Source of the DNA: an uncultured Bacteroides sp.
GTDB taxonomy: Bacteria > Bacteroidota > Bacteroidia > Bacteroidales > GCA-2748055
Reading direction: 5' to 3'
NCBI GenBank assembly: GCA_964467775.1
Contig: CAYXUD010000112.1
Location: 334-64,333, forward strand
DNA length: 64,000 bases
Shown here in pieces: positions 1 to 9,608 of this stretch. The stretch's first letter is position 1. Every line of letters begins with the position of its first letter. The position numbers were made by a program, and so were the translations under genes. The notes under the pieces were generated by a model. That model searched no databases. It had not been told where the DNA came from and was given only the letters and a program-made list of their open reading frames with translations.

Positions 1-444
1 GACAGGGGAACACGTTTTAATATTTCAGCATACCCGGAAGATAGTATTTCAAGGGCAGTCCTTATAGAGGGGGAAGTTGAAGTACGGAACCTGCTGGATC
101 ATTCCAGGGTACAACTAAGTGCAGGAGAAGGATACGTTTACAATAAGAAAAGCAGAGTGGCTGACTTGATTCAGGTAGACGGGGGAATTGAATCCAGCTG
201 GAAGGATGGAAAATTTGTCTTTATTGATAAGAGCCTGAGACAAATATGTGATAATCTGAGTAAATGGTATAATGTTGAATTTATATACAGTAACCAGGCT
301 TTAGCCGATACGCGCTATACATGTATTCTGAGAAGAACCACCACAGTAAACCAGATCATGAAAATATTAAACAGCACATCAGATATTGATTACGAAATTA
401 TAAGTAATGATGAAGGTTCAAAAGATACCATCAGGTTGAAATAA
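1..444 (+). CDS. FecR-family anti-sigma factor, C-terminal part (5' end lies outside the window)
   Basis: Frame 1 is open from base 1 to the TAA at 442-444. The C-terminal sequence (GKFVFIDKSLRQICDNLSKWYNVEF...TTVNQIMKILN) resembles the FecR/DUF4974 C-terminal domain. It lies directly upstream of an STN-domain SusC, the usual Bacteroidota trans-envelope signalling layout. Confidence 0.7.
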   Translation, partial: DRGTRFNISAYPEDSISRAVLIEGEVEVRNLLDHSRVQLSAGEGYVYNKKSRVADLIQVDGGIESSWKDGKFVFIDKSLRQICDNLSKWYNVEFIYSNQALADTRYTCILRRTTTVNQIMKILNSTSDIDYEIISNDEGSKDTIRLK

Positions 445-450
445 TGAAAA

Positions 451-480
451 TGCACCTCCGGGGAGGTGCATGCTTTTCTT
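451..480 (+). terminator. Rho-independent-terminator-like hairpin after the FecR-type gene
   Basis: TGCACCTCC (451-459) pairs with GGAGGTGCA (462-470) and is followed by TGCTTTTCTT. Confidence 0.4.
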
Positions 481-598
481 AAACCAGAAACTGACTGTCA
501 TTAGTTCCAATGTCTAATTAAAGCTTTACAAAGCTATGAAAAATATACCAGAATTGCCGTGCAGGTCACCGCATAGCTGGATTAAAAGGATCATCGCC

Positions 599-3500
599 AT
601 GAAGTTTATTCTAATGTTTACAGCGGCCTTTTCTCTGATATGTTCGGCAAACACATATGCCCAGAAGACCAGGCTTAGTCTGAAGCTTGAGGATGCGACC
701 ATCATTGAGATTTTCCAGGAAATTGAAAAATCAACAGATTTCGGATTCTTCTTCAAGAGCGAAGACATGGATATGGACAAAAGATATCACATTGATCTTG
801 AGAATATTCGAATTGACGAAGTATTATCTATTGTATTGAATGAAGAGGATGTAAACTATAGGATTGAGGACAGGAATATCATCCTTACCCGTAGTCTTCC
901 TTCAGGTGTGAACCAGCAACATCCAGTAATCACGGGCACTGTTATTGATGCTGGTACAGGGGAAGGACTGCCCGGTGTCAACATTGTAGTAGAGGGAACA
1001 ACTCTTGGGACGATTACCGGTAATAACGGTGAATACCGTATTGAAGTTCCTGAGGGAGCCAGGAGTCTGACTTTCTCATTTATGGGGATGGAAACCCAGG
1101 AAATCACTATCGGGTCATCAGATCAGATTAATGTATCCATGGTATCAGCTGAGTATGATTTGCAAGAGATCATCGTGATAGGTTATGGTACTCAGCAGAA
1201 AAAAGACCTGACTGGCGCCGTGGCGCATATTGGCGTGAAAGAGATGGAAAATACAGTTGCCGTCAATGCCCACGACTACCTGTTAGCGAATATTCCCGGA
1301 TTAAACGCCTCATTGAATACTTCGCCTGAAGGGGGAGGTTCGTTGCTTATAAGGGGGAAATCTTCATTAAGTGCAGGAACCTACCCCCTGCTTGTGGTTG
1401 ACGGAGTCATCTTTGATGGTGATTTAGTTGACATAAATCCTTCTGATATTGAAGCTATTGATGTATTAAAGGATGCCAGTTCAGCTGCAGTTTATGGGGC
1501 AAAATCGGCCAATGGTGTCGTTTTAATAACAACAAAAAAGGGAAGAAGCATCAAGCCAATTATATCGTTCAGAACCAATATTGGCCTTGCCAACATGGCA
1601 ATAGAACAAAGACCACACAGTCCTGAGAGTTTTCTTAAATATAGACAAGCTGCAATGGAAGGTCTTGATGTTGCAGCAGAACCATATAAGTATGCCGATC
1701 CCAGAACGCTTCCATCAGATATCAGTGTTGAGACATGGTTAGGCTATACCGGTGCAGTGGGTGATCCTGTCAATGTTTGGTTACAAAGGCTCAATTTCCA
1801 GAATGTACAAATTGAAAATTATCTTGCCGGGAAAACGGTGGACTGGTATGATGAGGTATTTCAAAATGGGATTCGTCAGGATTATACACTCAGTTTATCC
1901 GGTAAAAAGGAAGATATTTCATATTACATGTCTCTGGAATATATGGATAATGAGGGGCTTGTTGTGGGAGATGAATTCAACACAATCCGGGGACGGCTGA
2001 ATCTGGAAGGTATAGCTGCAAAATTTCTTACTGCAGGTATCAATATGCAATTCGCTGACAGGGATCAAAGCAGTGTCCCTGCCGAGTGGGAAAGGATCAT
2101 CAACAATACACCGTACGGATCTATGTATAATGATGACGGGACATTGAAATGGAGCCCTGACAGTGATCCCGGGGGTGCTATTACCTGGTACGCCAAAAAT
2201 CCTTTCAGTGCCAGGGAATATACTGACAGGAGACAAAAAACCAGGACTATTTTTCCGAATATTTATTTGAAAGGAAAATTACCACTGGGATTCTCTTACC
2301 GAATCAATTTCACTCCAAGCTATACCATTTATTCGAATTTTGAACATCTTTCATCCGAATGGTATGATGTCGAGCCAATAGGAGGTAAAGCATCCAGATC
2401 ATATTCCGAGACTTTTAACTGGCAGATAGACAATATTATAGGATGGGCACATACATTCAGGGATATTCATCATTTTGATGTGACCCTGCTTGCCAATGCA
2501 GAAAAATTTCAATCATGGTATGGCGAAATGTACAATGAGAGATTTGAACCTGATGACAATCTGGGTTATCACAGTATGAATTCAGGTACAAATGCATTTG
2601 TCAATAGCAGTGATGAATACAGTACCGGCGATGCCCTCATGGCAAGGTTAAATTATGATTTGAAGGACCGCTATTTTTTAACGTTATCAGTACGCCGCGA
2701 CGGATATTCAGCATTTGGCCAGCTTAATCCCAGAGCAACTTTCCCCGCAGCAGCAATTGGCTGGGTATTCAGTGATGAGACTTTTTTAAGTTCAGTGGAA
2801 TGGCTGAATTTTGGGAAACTACGGTTTTCTTATGGGATTAACGGGAATCGTGATATTGGAAGATATCAGGCACTCTCTGACTTGCAAAGCATAAAATATA
2901 TCCATGGAGACGAAACCGGAAAAGCCTGGGAGGTTACAGGATTATATGTAAACAGAATGAGCAACGCCGGATTAAGATGGGAACAATCAACATCTTATAA
3001 TCTCGGGCTGGACTTTTCAGTTTTGAACAACCGGTTGCATGGATATATTGATGCATATATAAAGTCGACAAGCGATTTGCTGGTACTGCGTTCTCTTCCA
3101 GACGTAACAGGATTCAGTAACGTCATGGATAACCTTGGAGAAGTACAAAACAAAGGGATCGAATTAAGCCTTAACAGCAGGAACATTGATCGTCCAAACC
3201 TGCTGTGGAGATCAGTGTTCAACTTCTCATTGAACCGGAATAAAATAATCCATCTGTATGGCCCAATCAATGTATATGATGACGAAGGAAACATCATTGG
3301 GGAGACTGAACCGGATGATCCCAGTAACTGGTGGTTTATCGGGCAGGATATCGATGTTATCTGGGATATTAAAGTATTGGGTGTCTGGCAGGTTGATGAA
3401 CTCGAGGAAGCTAGGGCATACGGCTTTTCCCCGGGGGATTTCAAACTTGAGGATGTCAACAAAGATGGGATATACACTGATGAGGACAGGCAATTCCTCG

Positions 3501-3958
3501 GATATTATTCACCAAGGTTCAGATGTTCATTCAGCAACAACTTCACATTCTATAAAAATTTCAATTTTTCATTCATGATTTATTCAAATTGGGGACATTT
3601 GGACTCCTTTGGTTCGGCCAAAAATTCACATTGGTATCCTGATAAGTCAAGTGATTATGAAAAATTTGAATACTGGACACCTGAAAATCCGATCAATGAT
3701 TTTGCCAGACTCAATTCCAGCAGTGGGGGTATAGAATATACCGTTTACAGGAATTCCTCATTTATTCGACTTCAAAATGTTTCCTTAAGTTATAATTTCC
3801 CGAAAATACTGGCACAAAAGGCCAAAGTTGATGAGTTGAAGGTATACTTTAATATAAGTAACGCTTTGGTCTATGCTCCTGACTGGGTAAACTGGGATCC
3901 TGAACACACGGGCCCAACGCCGCGATACATAACTCTGGGATTAGATCTGACTTTTTAA
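599..3958 (+). CDS. SusC/RagA-family TonB-dependent outer-membrane transporter with an N-terminal STN signalling domain
   Basis: Signal peptide MKFILMFTAAFSLICSANTYAQ. STN-like region (LSLKLEDATIIEIFQEIEKSTDFGFFF...NYRIEDRNIILT). CarboxypepD_reg-like ITGTVIDAGTGEGLPGVNIVVEGT. Plug motif IIVIGYGTQQKKDLTGAV. C-terminal aromatic residue (...LGLDLTF). The ORF opens at 536, but the ATG at 599 starts the signal peptide. Confidence 0.9.
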   Translation: MKFILMFTAAFSLICSANTYAQKTRLSLKLEDATIIEIFQEIEKSTDFGFFFKSEDMDMDKRYHIDLENIRIDEVLSIVLNEEDVNYRIEDRNIILTRSLPSGVNQQHPVITGTVIDAGTGEGLPGVNIVVEGTTLGTITGNNGEYRIEVPEGARSLTFSFMGMETQEITIGSSDQINVSMVSAEYDLQEIIVIGYGTQQKKDLTGAVAHIGVKEMENTVAVNAHDYLLANIPGLNASLNTSPEGGGSLLIRGKSSLSAGTYPLLVVDGVIFDGDLVDINPSDIEAIDVLKDASSAAVYGAKSANGVVLITTKKGRSIKPIISFRTNIGLANMAIEQRPHSPESFLKYRQAAMEGLDVAAEPYKYADPRTLPSDISVETWLGYTGAVGDPVNVWLQRLNFQNVQIENYLAGKTVDWYDEVFQNGIRQDYTLSLSGKKEDISYYMSLEYMDNEGLVVGDEFNTIRGRLNLEGIAAKFLTAGINMQFADRDQSSVPAEWERIINNTPYGSMYNDDGTLKWSPDSDPGGAITWYAKNPFSAREYTDRRQKTRTIFPNIYLKGKLPLGFSYRINFTPSYTIYSNFEHLSSEWYDVEPIGGKASRSYSETFNWQIDNIIGWAHTFRDIHHFDVTLLANAEKFQSWYGEMYNERFEPDDNLGYHSMNSGTNAFVNSSDEYSTGDALMARLNYDLKDRYFLTLSVRRDGYSAFGQLNPRATFPAAAIGWVFSDETFLSSVEWLNFGKLRFSYGINGNRDIGRYQALSDLQSIKYIHGDETGKAWEVTGLYVNRMSNAGLRWEQSTSYNLGLDFSVLNNRLHGYIDAYIKSTSDLLVLRSLPDVTGFSNVMDNLGEVQNKGIELSLNSRNIDRPNLLWRSVFNFSLNRNKIIHLYGPINVYDDEGNIIGETEPDDPSNWWFIGQDIDVIWDIKVLGVWQVDELEEARAYGFSPGDFKLEDVNKDGIYTDEDRQFLGYYSPRFRCSFSNNFTFYKNFNFSFMIYSNWGHLDSFGSAKNSHWYPDKSSDYEKFEYWTPENPINDFARLNSSSGGIEYTVYRNSSFIRLQNVSLSYNFPKILAQKAKVDELKVYFNISNALVYAPDWVNWDPEHTGPTPRYITLGLDLTF

Positions 3959-3977
3959 ATCCATTAAGAATATCATT

Positions 3978-5798
3978 ATGAAAGCATTAAATATAATGAG
4001 GGTGTTTTTTATTGTTGTACCACTCTTGTCAATTAGCTGCAGCGAGGAGTTTTTAGAGCCGAAAGCATTGTCATTTTATGCTCCTGAAAACACCTACGTT
4101 AATGCAGAAGGGATGCGTGCTGCCTTAATACCCTGCTTGGAAATTATGAGAAATGAATGGATCTACGAAGGCCGCCCACTTCTTACAGAGTATATTTTTT
4201 CTGAAGTTGCCGTGCATGGAACAACTGACAGAACAGACCCTGCACAAAATATGAACGTTCAGATTACTCCGGACGCTGAGCTATATGATGGTGGCTCTTT
4301 TAATAGTATTGGTGATTATTGGTCAAATGGGTATGAATCAATTAAATATGCAAACACGGTAATTTCAAGAATCGATGATGCGGAATTTGCTTCCCAAGAC
4401 GAAAAAAATGAGATTTTAGGACTTGCCTATTTTCATAGGGCATATAATTATTACAGGTTAACCCAACAATTTGGAGATGTGCCCTTAATACTGAAGGAGG
4501 TTTCTCAGCCAAAGACTGATTACTATTCAACTGAACGTGAAGTCATACTTCGAAAAATAAAGGAAGATCTCGAGTTTTCTGCGCAATGGGTTGCGGAAAC
4601 TGCTGATATGGGCGAGGTCAACCGGGGAGCAGTGAACCATATGCTTACAAAGGTCAACCTTGCTTTAGGTGAATTTGATGATGCCATTCAGTCTGCCAAC
4701 TACCTCATTAATGGAGATTATGCATTAATGACTGAACGTTTCGGGAGTTATAAAAATGATCCAACGAGGAATGTAATCTGGGACCTGCATCGCATTGAAA
4801 ATAAATACCTTAATGTAAATACCGAAAGAATAATGCTGGTAATGGACAGGGAAGATATGCAAGGTGGTTCAAGGTGGGGGGGGATGTATATGCGCGGGGC
4901 TGTTCCGGCTTTTTGGAGGAATATAGCAACCCCTTCAGGGTTAAAAGGGACTACTGATTCAAATTCAGAATTTGATCTTGTGAATACATATGGACGAGGG
5001 ATTGCAAGACTCCGTTCGACCATCTACCATATGAAGACGATCTGGACTGATACCACTGACCTGAGACATGCCAAAGGGAATTGGATAGAGATGGAAGATC
5101 TGGTTTATAATAATCCTCAATTGAAAGATCGTGGTGATCCCTGGTATGGAAAACACTTACAGTTATATAGCGATGAAGGAAAACTTCTCTGCCTGGATAC
5201 TATCTATTCATGGTATTCTTGGCCACATTATAAATTATATGTACCCGATCCCAATAATGTGGTGTTAGAAGGGGGGCGTGGTGACTGGTATGCGATGCGG
5301 TTGGCGGAAACCTATTTGTTAAGAGCGGAGGCATATTGGTGGAAAGGGGATTTGGTAAATGCTGCTGCCGATATCAATGCAGTGAGAGAGCGTGCTCATG
5401 CAGTTCCACTTGAACCAGGTCAGATAAATATTGGGACTATTCTGGATGAAAGAGCCAGGGAGCTCTATTTCGAAGAATGGCGTAAGACTGAGATGACGCG
5501 CATTTGTTATCTATTATGTAAAACCGGCAAGCCAGGCCATAATGGAAAGGTATACAAACTTGAAAATTTTTCAGAGGATAATTACTGGTTCGATCGGATT
5601 ATGGAGTATGGTGATTTTTATAACAAAGGAGTGATTACCATCAACGGAAAAGAATTTACCATGAGTCCCTATCACGTATTGTGGCCAATTCCTGCAGCTG
5701 CCATACGGGCAAATACAACCGGCCATATCAATCAAAACATTGGTTATTCCGGATCTGAAAGCAATATTCCCCCTCTAACTGAAATTGTTGACGAATAA
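3978..5798 (+). CDS. SusD/RagB-family nutrient-binding outer-membrane lipoprotein
   Basis: Lipobox LLSISC. SusD-like motifs (AYFHRAYNYYRLTQQFGDVPL, YLLRAEAYWWKGD). Begins 19 nt after SusC. Confidence 0.9.
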   Translation: MKALNIMRVFFIVVPLLSISCSEEFLEPKALSFYAPENTYVNAEGMRAALIPCLEIMRNEWIYEGRPLLTEYIFSEVAVHGTTDRTDPAQNMNVQITPDAELYDGGSFNSIGDYWSNGYESIKYANTVISRIDDAEFASQDEKNEILGLAYFHRAYNYYRLTQQFGDVPLILKEVSQPKTDYYSTEREVILRKIKEDLEFSAQWVAETADMGEVNRGAVNHMLTKVNLALGEFDDAIQSANYLINGDYALMTERFGSYKNDPTRNVIWDLHRIENKYLNVNTERIMLVMDREDMQGGSRWGGMYMRGAVPAFWRNIATPSGLKGTTDSNSEFDLVNTYGRGIARLRSTIYHMKTIWTDTTDLRHAKGNWIEMEDLVYNNPQLKDRGDPWYGKHLQLYSDEGKLLCLDTIYSWYSWPHYKLYVPDPNNVVLEGGRGDWYAMRLAETYLLRAEAYWWKGDLVNAAADINAVRERAHAVPLEPGQINIGTILDERARELYFEEWRKTEMTRICYLLCKTGKPGHNGKVYKLENFSEDNYWFDRIMEYGDFYNKGVITINGKEFTMSPYHVLWPIPAAAIRANTTGHINQNIGYSGSESNIPPLTEIVDE

Positions 5799-5877
5799 TA
5801 GCTATATGATATCAAGACTAAAAGAATAAACTAAATAATAAACATTCAAATCAACGGTGAAATCAAACGAAAATGAT

Positions 5878-5900
5878 CACCGTCCAAGACGGTGCTTTTC
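5878..5900 (+). terminator. Small terminator-like hairpin after susD
   Basis: CACCGTC (5878-5884) pairs with GACGGTG (5888-5894) across a 3-nt loop, followed by CTTTTC. An upstream ACGGTGA (5854-5860) can alternatively pair with the 5' arm. Confidence 0.35.
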
Positions 5901-5922
5901 AAATTCAAACTAAAACTATATT

Positions 5923-6972
5923 ATGATGAAAACACACTTACATTTACGTGAAATTCTGACATTGCTGCTTGCAATTTTCTTAATCGGGTCCTTATCAGCC
6001 CAGAAAAACATTATGTATGTTACAAACGCTGCAGATTTTCCGGGTGCTGATGGAGAAGATCCAAATGACACCAAATACATTGAGAAATTAAGAGAATTCG
6101 GCTATGAAGTTAATGTTCTTACCAGCGCCCAGACCGGGGCTGACCCAATCCCTGTCGAAGTCAACAATGCCGTGGACTCATGCGACGCTATTGTAGTCAG
6201 TTCTACCATCAGTTCTTACGCTGTGGCCTATTGCTGGCCTGTAAGGTATAACAGCAAGCCCTATCTGACATGGGAAAGTGCACTCTGGGATGAACTGCAG
6301 ATCTCCGCTGATGAACAGCGTGGTACCTATGAATTTGCGGTGGACTCTTTTCTTTCCATTGAGCCAGGTGCCGATACATCTATTGTCGGGGAATACACCG
6401 GCGATGTTCAGGTTGTCTCATTTGAAAAAGGCAAACCTGTATTTTCCGGTTGTCTGGAGGAAGGAATAGCACCAGGTGCACATCTTGTGGCAAGAGCACT
6501 GGGAGGTTGGGGAGAAGATGTGAATGATCAGAAACATGTTGTTTTGTATTATATTAACGAGGGGGATGAGTGTCTTGTGACGGCAGAAGATCCGAATACC
6601 ACTTCACCACGGCGGTCGGTTGCTTACTGGTTTGAGGATGCGACCGCACAGCATGTTACAGACCTTGGATGGGAATTATTCTCTCGTACAATGGCTTTTC
6701 TGGTGGGTGATAGCGAAACACCGGAGGGGGTTATTTCCCCGTCAGGTATTGAAGGTGTATCCGTATCAAGTTTTTACAATGGTTCCCTCTACCTCGATTT
6801 AACAGGCATCAATAAAACCATTGAAATCAAAATATTTGATATAACCGGCAAACTTGTTTTACGGAAGCAGGTACAGGGTGGCGACCGTGTCTCCGTTCCA
6901 ATGATGCAATATACTGACGGCGCATACATTGTGATGGGTGAGGATTTTGCCGAGAAATTCATCAAAAGGTAG
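5923..6972 (+). CDS. Secreted protein of unknown function with a T9SS (Por) C-terminal sorting domain
   Basis: Sec signal without a lipobox (LLAIFLIGSLSAQ). C-terminal about 70 aa (LYLDLTGINKTIEIKIFDITGKLVLRKQVQGGDRVSVPMMQYTDGAYIV) fits the T9SS type-A CTD pattern. I do not recognise the N-terminal domain. Confidence 0.65.
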   Translation: MMKTHLHLREILTLLLAIFLIGSLSAQKNIMYVTNAADFPGADGEDPNDTKYIEKLREFGYEVNVLTSAQTGADPIPVEVNNAVDSCDAIVVSSTISSYAVAYCWPVRYNSKPYLTWESALWDELQISADEQRGTYEFAVDSFLSIEPGADTSIVGEYTGDVQVVSFEKGKPVFSGCLEEGIAPGAHLVARALGGWGEDVNDQKHVVLYYINEGDECLVTAEDPNTTSPRRSVAYWFEDATAQHVTDLGWELFSRTMAFLVGDSETPEGVISPSGIEGVSVSSFYNGSLYLDLTGINKTIEIKIFDITGKLVLRKQVQGGDRVSVPMMQYTDGAYIVMGEDFAEKFIKR

Positions 6973-7046
6973 TTCTTCAGACCCCTTTATTTTGAACATA
7001 TATCCATCATCAGGCTTCTTTTTATTCATTGTGTTCGGAATGGGCG

Positions 7047-7212
7047 AAAATCAAATGGTGAAAGCCAGACTCACTGGAAGGTGACAGTGCATGTTTGGCT
7101 TCACCATTGATTTGAATCCCGCTCGCGCATTCCCCGTAGCTTTGCTGCGGGGTAAGCGAGCACAAATAAAATAATTTATGGATCGAAGATTCCTCGGAGC
7201 TTGCTCCGAGGA
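7047..7212. other. Cluster of three consecutive stem-loops in an intergenic gap (structured RNA or REP/MITE-like element; function unknown)
   Basis: A: AAAATCAAATGGTGAAAGCCA (7047-7067) pairs imperfectly with TGGCTTCACCATTGATTT (7096-7113). B: GCTCGC...CCCCG (7121-7136) pairs with CGGGG...GCGAGC (7148-7161). C: TCCTCGGAG (7191-7199) pairs with CTCCGAGGA (7204-7212) across a 4-nt loop. Confidence 0.4.
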
Positions 7213-7229
7213 GCTTCAATGGTTATTGT

Positions 7230-8654
7230 ATGATGATCATGCAATGTAAAATCCGCAAAAAAAGTACAGCGATTGTTGCAATAATAATATCAGGTTGCCT
7301 GGCTGAAGGAACAGTTCTGCATTGCAATTCCGAGGTCAACTGCAGAAAGATCAGGGAAAGATCTTATCCACTTGAATATTCCACATTTGCCGGTTTCGCG
7401 GAGATGGCAAATGCTAGCAATATAAAATACTTCAAACCGGTTCGTATTTCACCTGCCGGAAGCAAGCTGGAACCTGCGTATCATGGATTTTTCTTTTATA
7501 ATTGCGCACCGCTTGAATTGCCCCAGTTTGATCCCTCAGGGCGTTATATGTTGGGTATGCGGATTTTTATTGAAGCAAGAAAAGTCAAGCCGACAGATAA
7601 AGGAGAGATTGGCATTTTTGATCTTCATAACAATAATAAATGGATAAAAATCGGAGAAACTACCGCCTGGAACTACCAACAGGGTTGCCGGTTACACTGG
7701 ATTCCGCATTCGTCGGAGGAGATCATCTGGAATGATCGTTCGGCGGATGGGGAAAAACTGGTAAGCAGAATTTTCAATATCAGGACTCATCAAACCCGTA
7801 CACTTCCCATCCCCATATATACTGTTTCACCTGATGGAAACACAGCGTTGTCTATTAATTTTGAACGTATTGTACACAAAGAGGGTTGCAAATACGTTGG
7901 GATTGAAGACCCATACAGAAATCAGTGGGCTCCCGATAACATTGGAATCTGGAAAATGGATATAAATACCGGGGAGGTAAGAATGATATTGTCACTTAGA
8001 GAGATGGCAAATATCATATACCCTGGTGCTTTGCCTTCCGACACGATTGGAAGAACACTCTATTTTTTCAGAGAAGGGTTTAATCCTTCGGGGAGTCGTT
8101 TTATTGCATTCGTAAAAGATGCCACGAAGGACACCACACGTACGGATGGTTTTTCGATGAATCTGGAAGGAGGAGACATCAGGCATTTTTACCACGAGCC
8201 AAGCCATCATTTCTGGATCAACGATGAAGAGATAATTGCTGATGGAACATTGGCTGAATGCGGGTATTACCGATATAAAGATGATGGGACAGGGATTGCA
8301 AAAGAAAAATACTTTGATGCACCCAATGGGCATGTTACGATGCATAAGAATGGTGAATGGTTTTTAACAGATACATACAACATGGACGGCTTCATCCACC
8401 TTTATATGGTTCACGTGCCGACTAAAACATTCGTGCCTCTGGCGAAACTAATCAACAATGCTGATTTTCCAAAAGGTTATGGAACCTATGGACCGTTCAG
8501 GGTAGATCTTCATCCGCGATTTTCCCCGGACGGGAAGTCTGTTTCCTTTGATTCTACTCATGAAGGACTGGGAAGGCAGATATACATGCTGGATATCAGC
8601 CCCATTATTGAAAATCCTCCCAGAAGCAATATAAACATCGAATTGATGCCATGA
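7230..8654 (+). CDS. Beta-propeller protein, oligogalacturonate-lyase (PL22)-like / TolB-like; probable lipoprotein
   Basis: Lipobox-like IIISGC. The C-terminal LHPRFSPDGKSVSFDSTHEGLGRQIYMLDI resembles the terminal blade of Ogl-type lyases (HPSFTPNDDGVLFTSDFEG..IY). The family call is by motif only. Confidence 0.5.
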   Translation: MMIMQCKIRKKSTAIVAIIISGCLAEGTVLHCNSEVNCRKIRERSYPLEYSTFAGFAEMANASNIKYFKPVRISPAGSKLEPAYHGFFFYNCAPLELPQFDPSGRYMLGMRIFIEARKVKPTDKGEIGIFDLHNNNKWIKIGETTAWNYQQGCRLHWIPHSSEEIIWNDRSADGEKLVSRIFNIRTHQTRTLPIPIYTVSPDGNTALSINFERIVHKEGCKYVGIEDPYRNQWAPDNIGIWKMDINTGEVRMILSLREMANIIYPGALPSDTIGRTLYFFREGFNPSGSRFIAFVKDATKDTTRTDGFSMNLEGGDIRHFYHEPSHHFWINDEEIIADGTLAECGYYRYKDDGTGIAKEKYFDAPNGHVTMHKNGEWFLTDTYNMDGFIHLYMVHVPTKTFVPLAKLINNADFPKGYGTYGPFRVDLHPRFSPDGKSVSFDSTHEGLGRQIYMLDISPIIENPPRSNINIELMP

Positions 8655-9517
8655 AAAAATTCTTGTCTATTTCTTTCACTTTAACCATCTCATCACTCCT
8701 GATTGCCCAGATTGGAAAGGTATCAGATAACCTCTCAATGCATAGCAATCTATTAAAAATGGAGCGGAAATATGCCATATATCTTCCCCCCGATTACGAG
8801 ACTTCCCAGCGAAGTTATCCAGTGCTGTATCTCTTGCATGGAATGGGTGATGATCAGACGGGATGGGTGCAATTCGGTGAAGTCCTGACCATTGCAGATC
8901 AAGCCATAAAATCCGGAGCTGCAACTTCAATGATCATCGTAATGCCCGATGCAAATACAGGGAAATGCGGTTTTGTAAACGATATGAAGGGAGAATGGCT
9001 GTATGAGGATTTTTTCTTCCAGGAATTCATGCCATTCATTGAAGAGACCTATCGTATAAGAGCTGAAAAAACATATCGTGCAATAGCAGGATTATCGATG
9101 GGAGGGGAAGGCACTTTCATTTATGCACTTCATCATCCGGAGTTGTTCTCAGCAGCATGCCCACTTAGCGCACCCACAGGTACGAGAAGTGTTGAGGAAT
9201 TTGAGAATTACTGGCTGCTGGAGGGAGTTGAAGCAGTTGCAGATGCTGACATAATATCATATTTCAAGCGATACAGTGTGCTGGATCTGATAGAAAACAT
9301 ATCTGATGAACAGTTAAAAACTGTCAGGTGGTATATCGATTGCGGTGATGATGATTTTAATAAATATGAATATAATTCCCTGGTGCATATTGCTATGTGC
9401 AAAAAAGGGATACCTCATGAATTCAGGATCCGTGACGGCGGTCATAACTGGACATACTGGCGTGATTCATTACCGGAAGTTCTGGAGTTTGTGTCAGTGA
9501 CCTTTCATCAGTTGTAA
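8651..9517 (+). CDS. Esterase-family alpha/beta hydrolase (esterase D / CE1-like), secreted
   Basis: YPVLYLLHGMGDDQTGW, the nucleophile elbow GLSMGG and a C-terminal GGHNW. Its ATG overlaps the upstream stop (ATGA at 8651-8654). Confidence 0.8.
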   Translation: MKKFLSISFTLTISSLLIAQIGKVSDNLSMHSNLLKMERKYAIYLPPDYETSQRSYPVLYLLHGMGDDQTGWVQFGEVLTIADQAIKSGAATSMIIVMPDANTGKCGFVNDMKGEWLYEDFFFQEFMPFIEETYRIRAEKTYRAIAGLSMGGEGTFIYALHHPELFSAACPLSAPTGTRSVEEFENYWLLEGVEAVADADIISYFKRYSVLDLIENISDEQLKTVRWYIDCGDDDFNKYEYNSLVHIAMCKKGIPHEFRIRDGGHNWTYWRDSLPEVLEFVSVTFHQL

Positions 9518-9608
9518 TTTCAAACTCTCAGAGATATTTGAACCTATATGATAGCAATACTCGTTACGATCCATTAAATGAATAGTTACATGGCTACTAA
9601 TTCTTAAT

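Noticed and set aside
536-598. A 21-codon N-terminal extension of SusC (MKNIPELPCRSPHSWIKRIIA)
   Set aside because: The Met at 599 starts a canonical signal peptide ending in AQ. The extension is not signal-like. It is kept as an alternative start only.
7022-7219. A 65-aa minus-strand ORF in the gap before the PL22-like gene
   Set aside because: It coincides with the three palindromic stem-loops. Its openness is explained by the inverted-repeat structure, and the peptide has no features.
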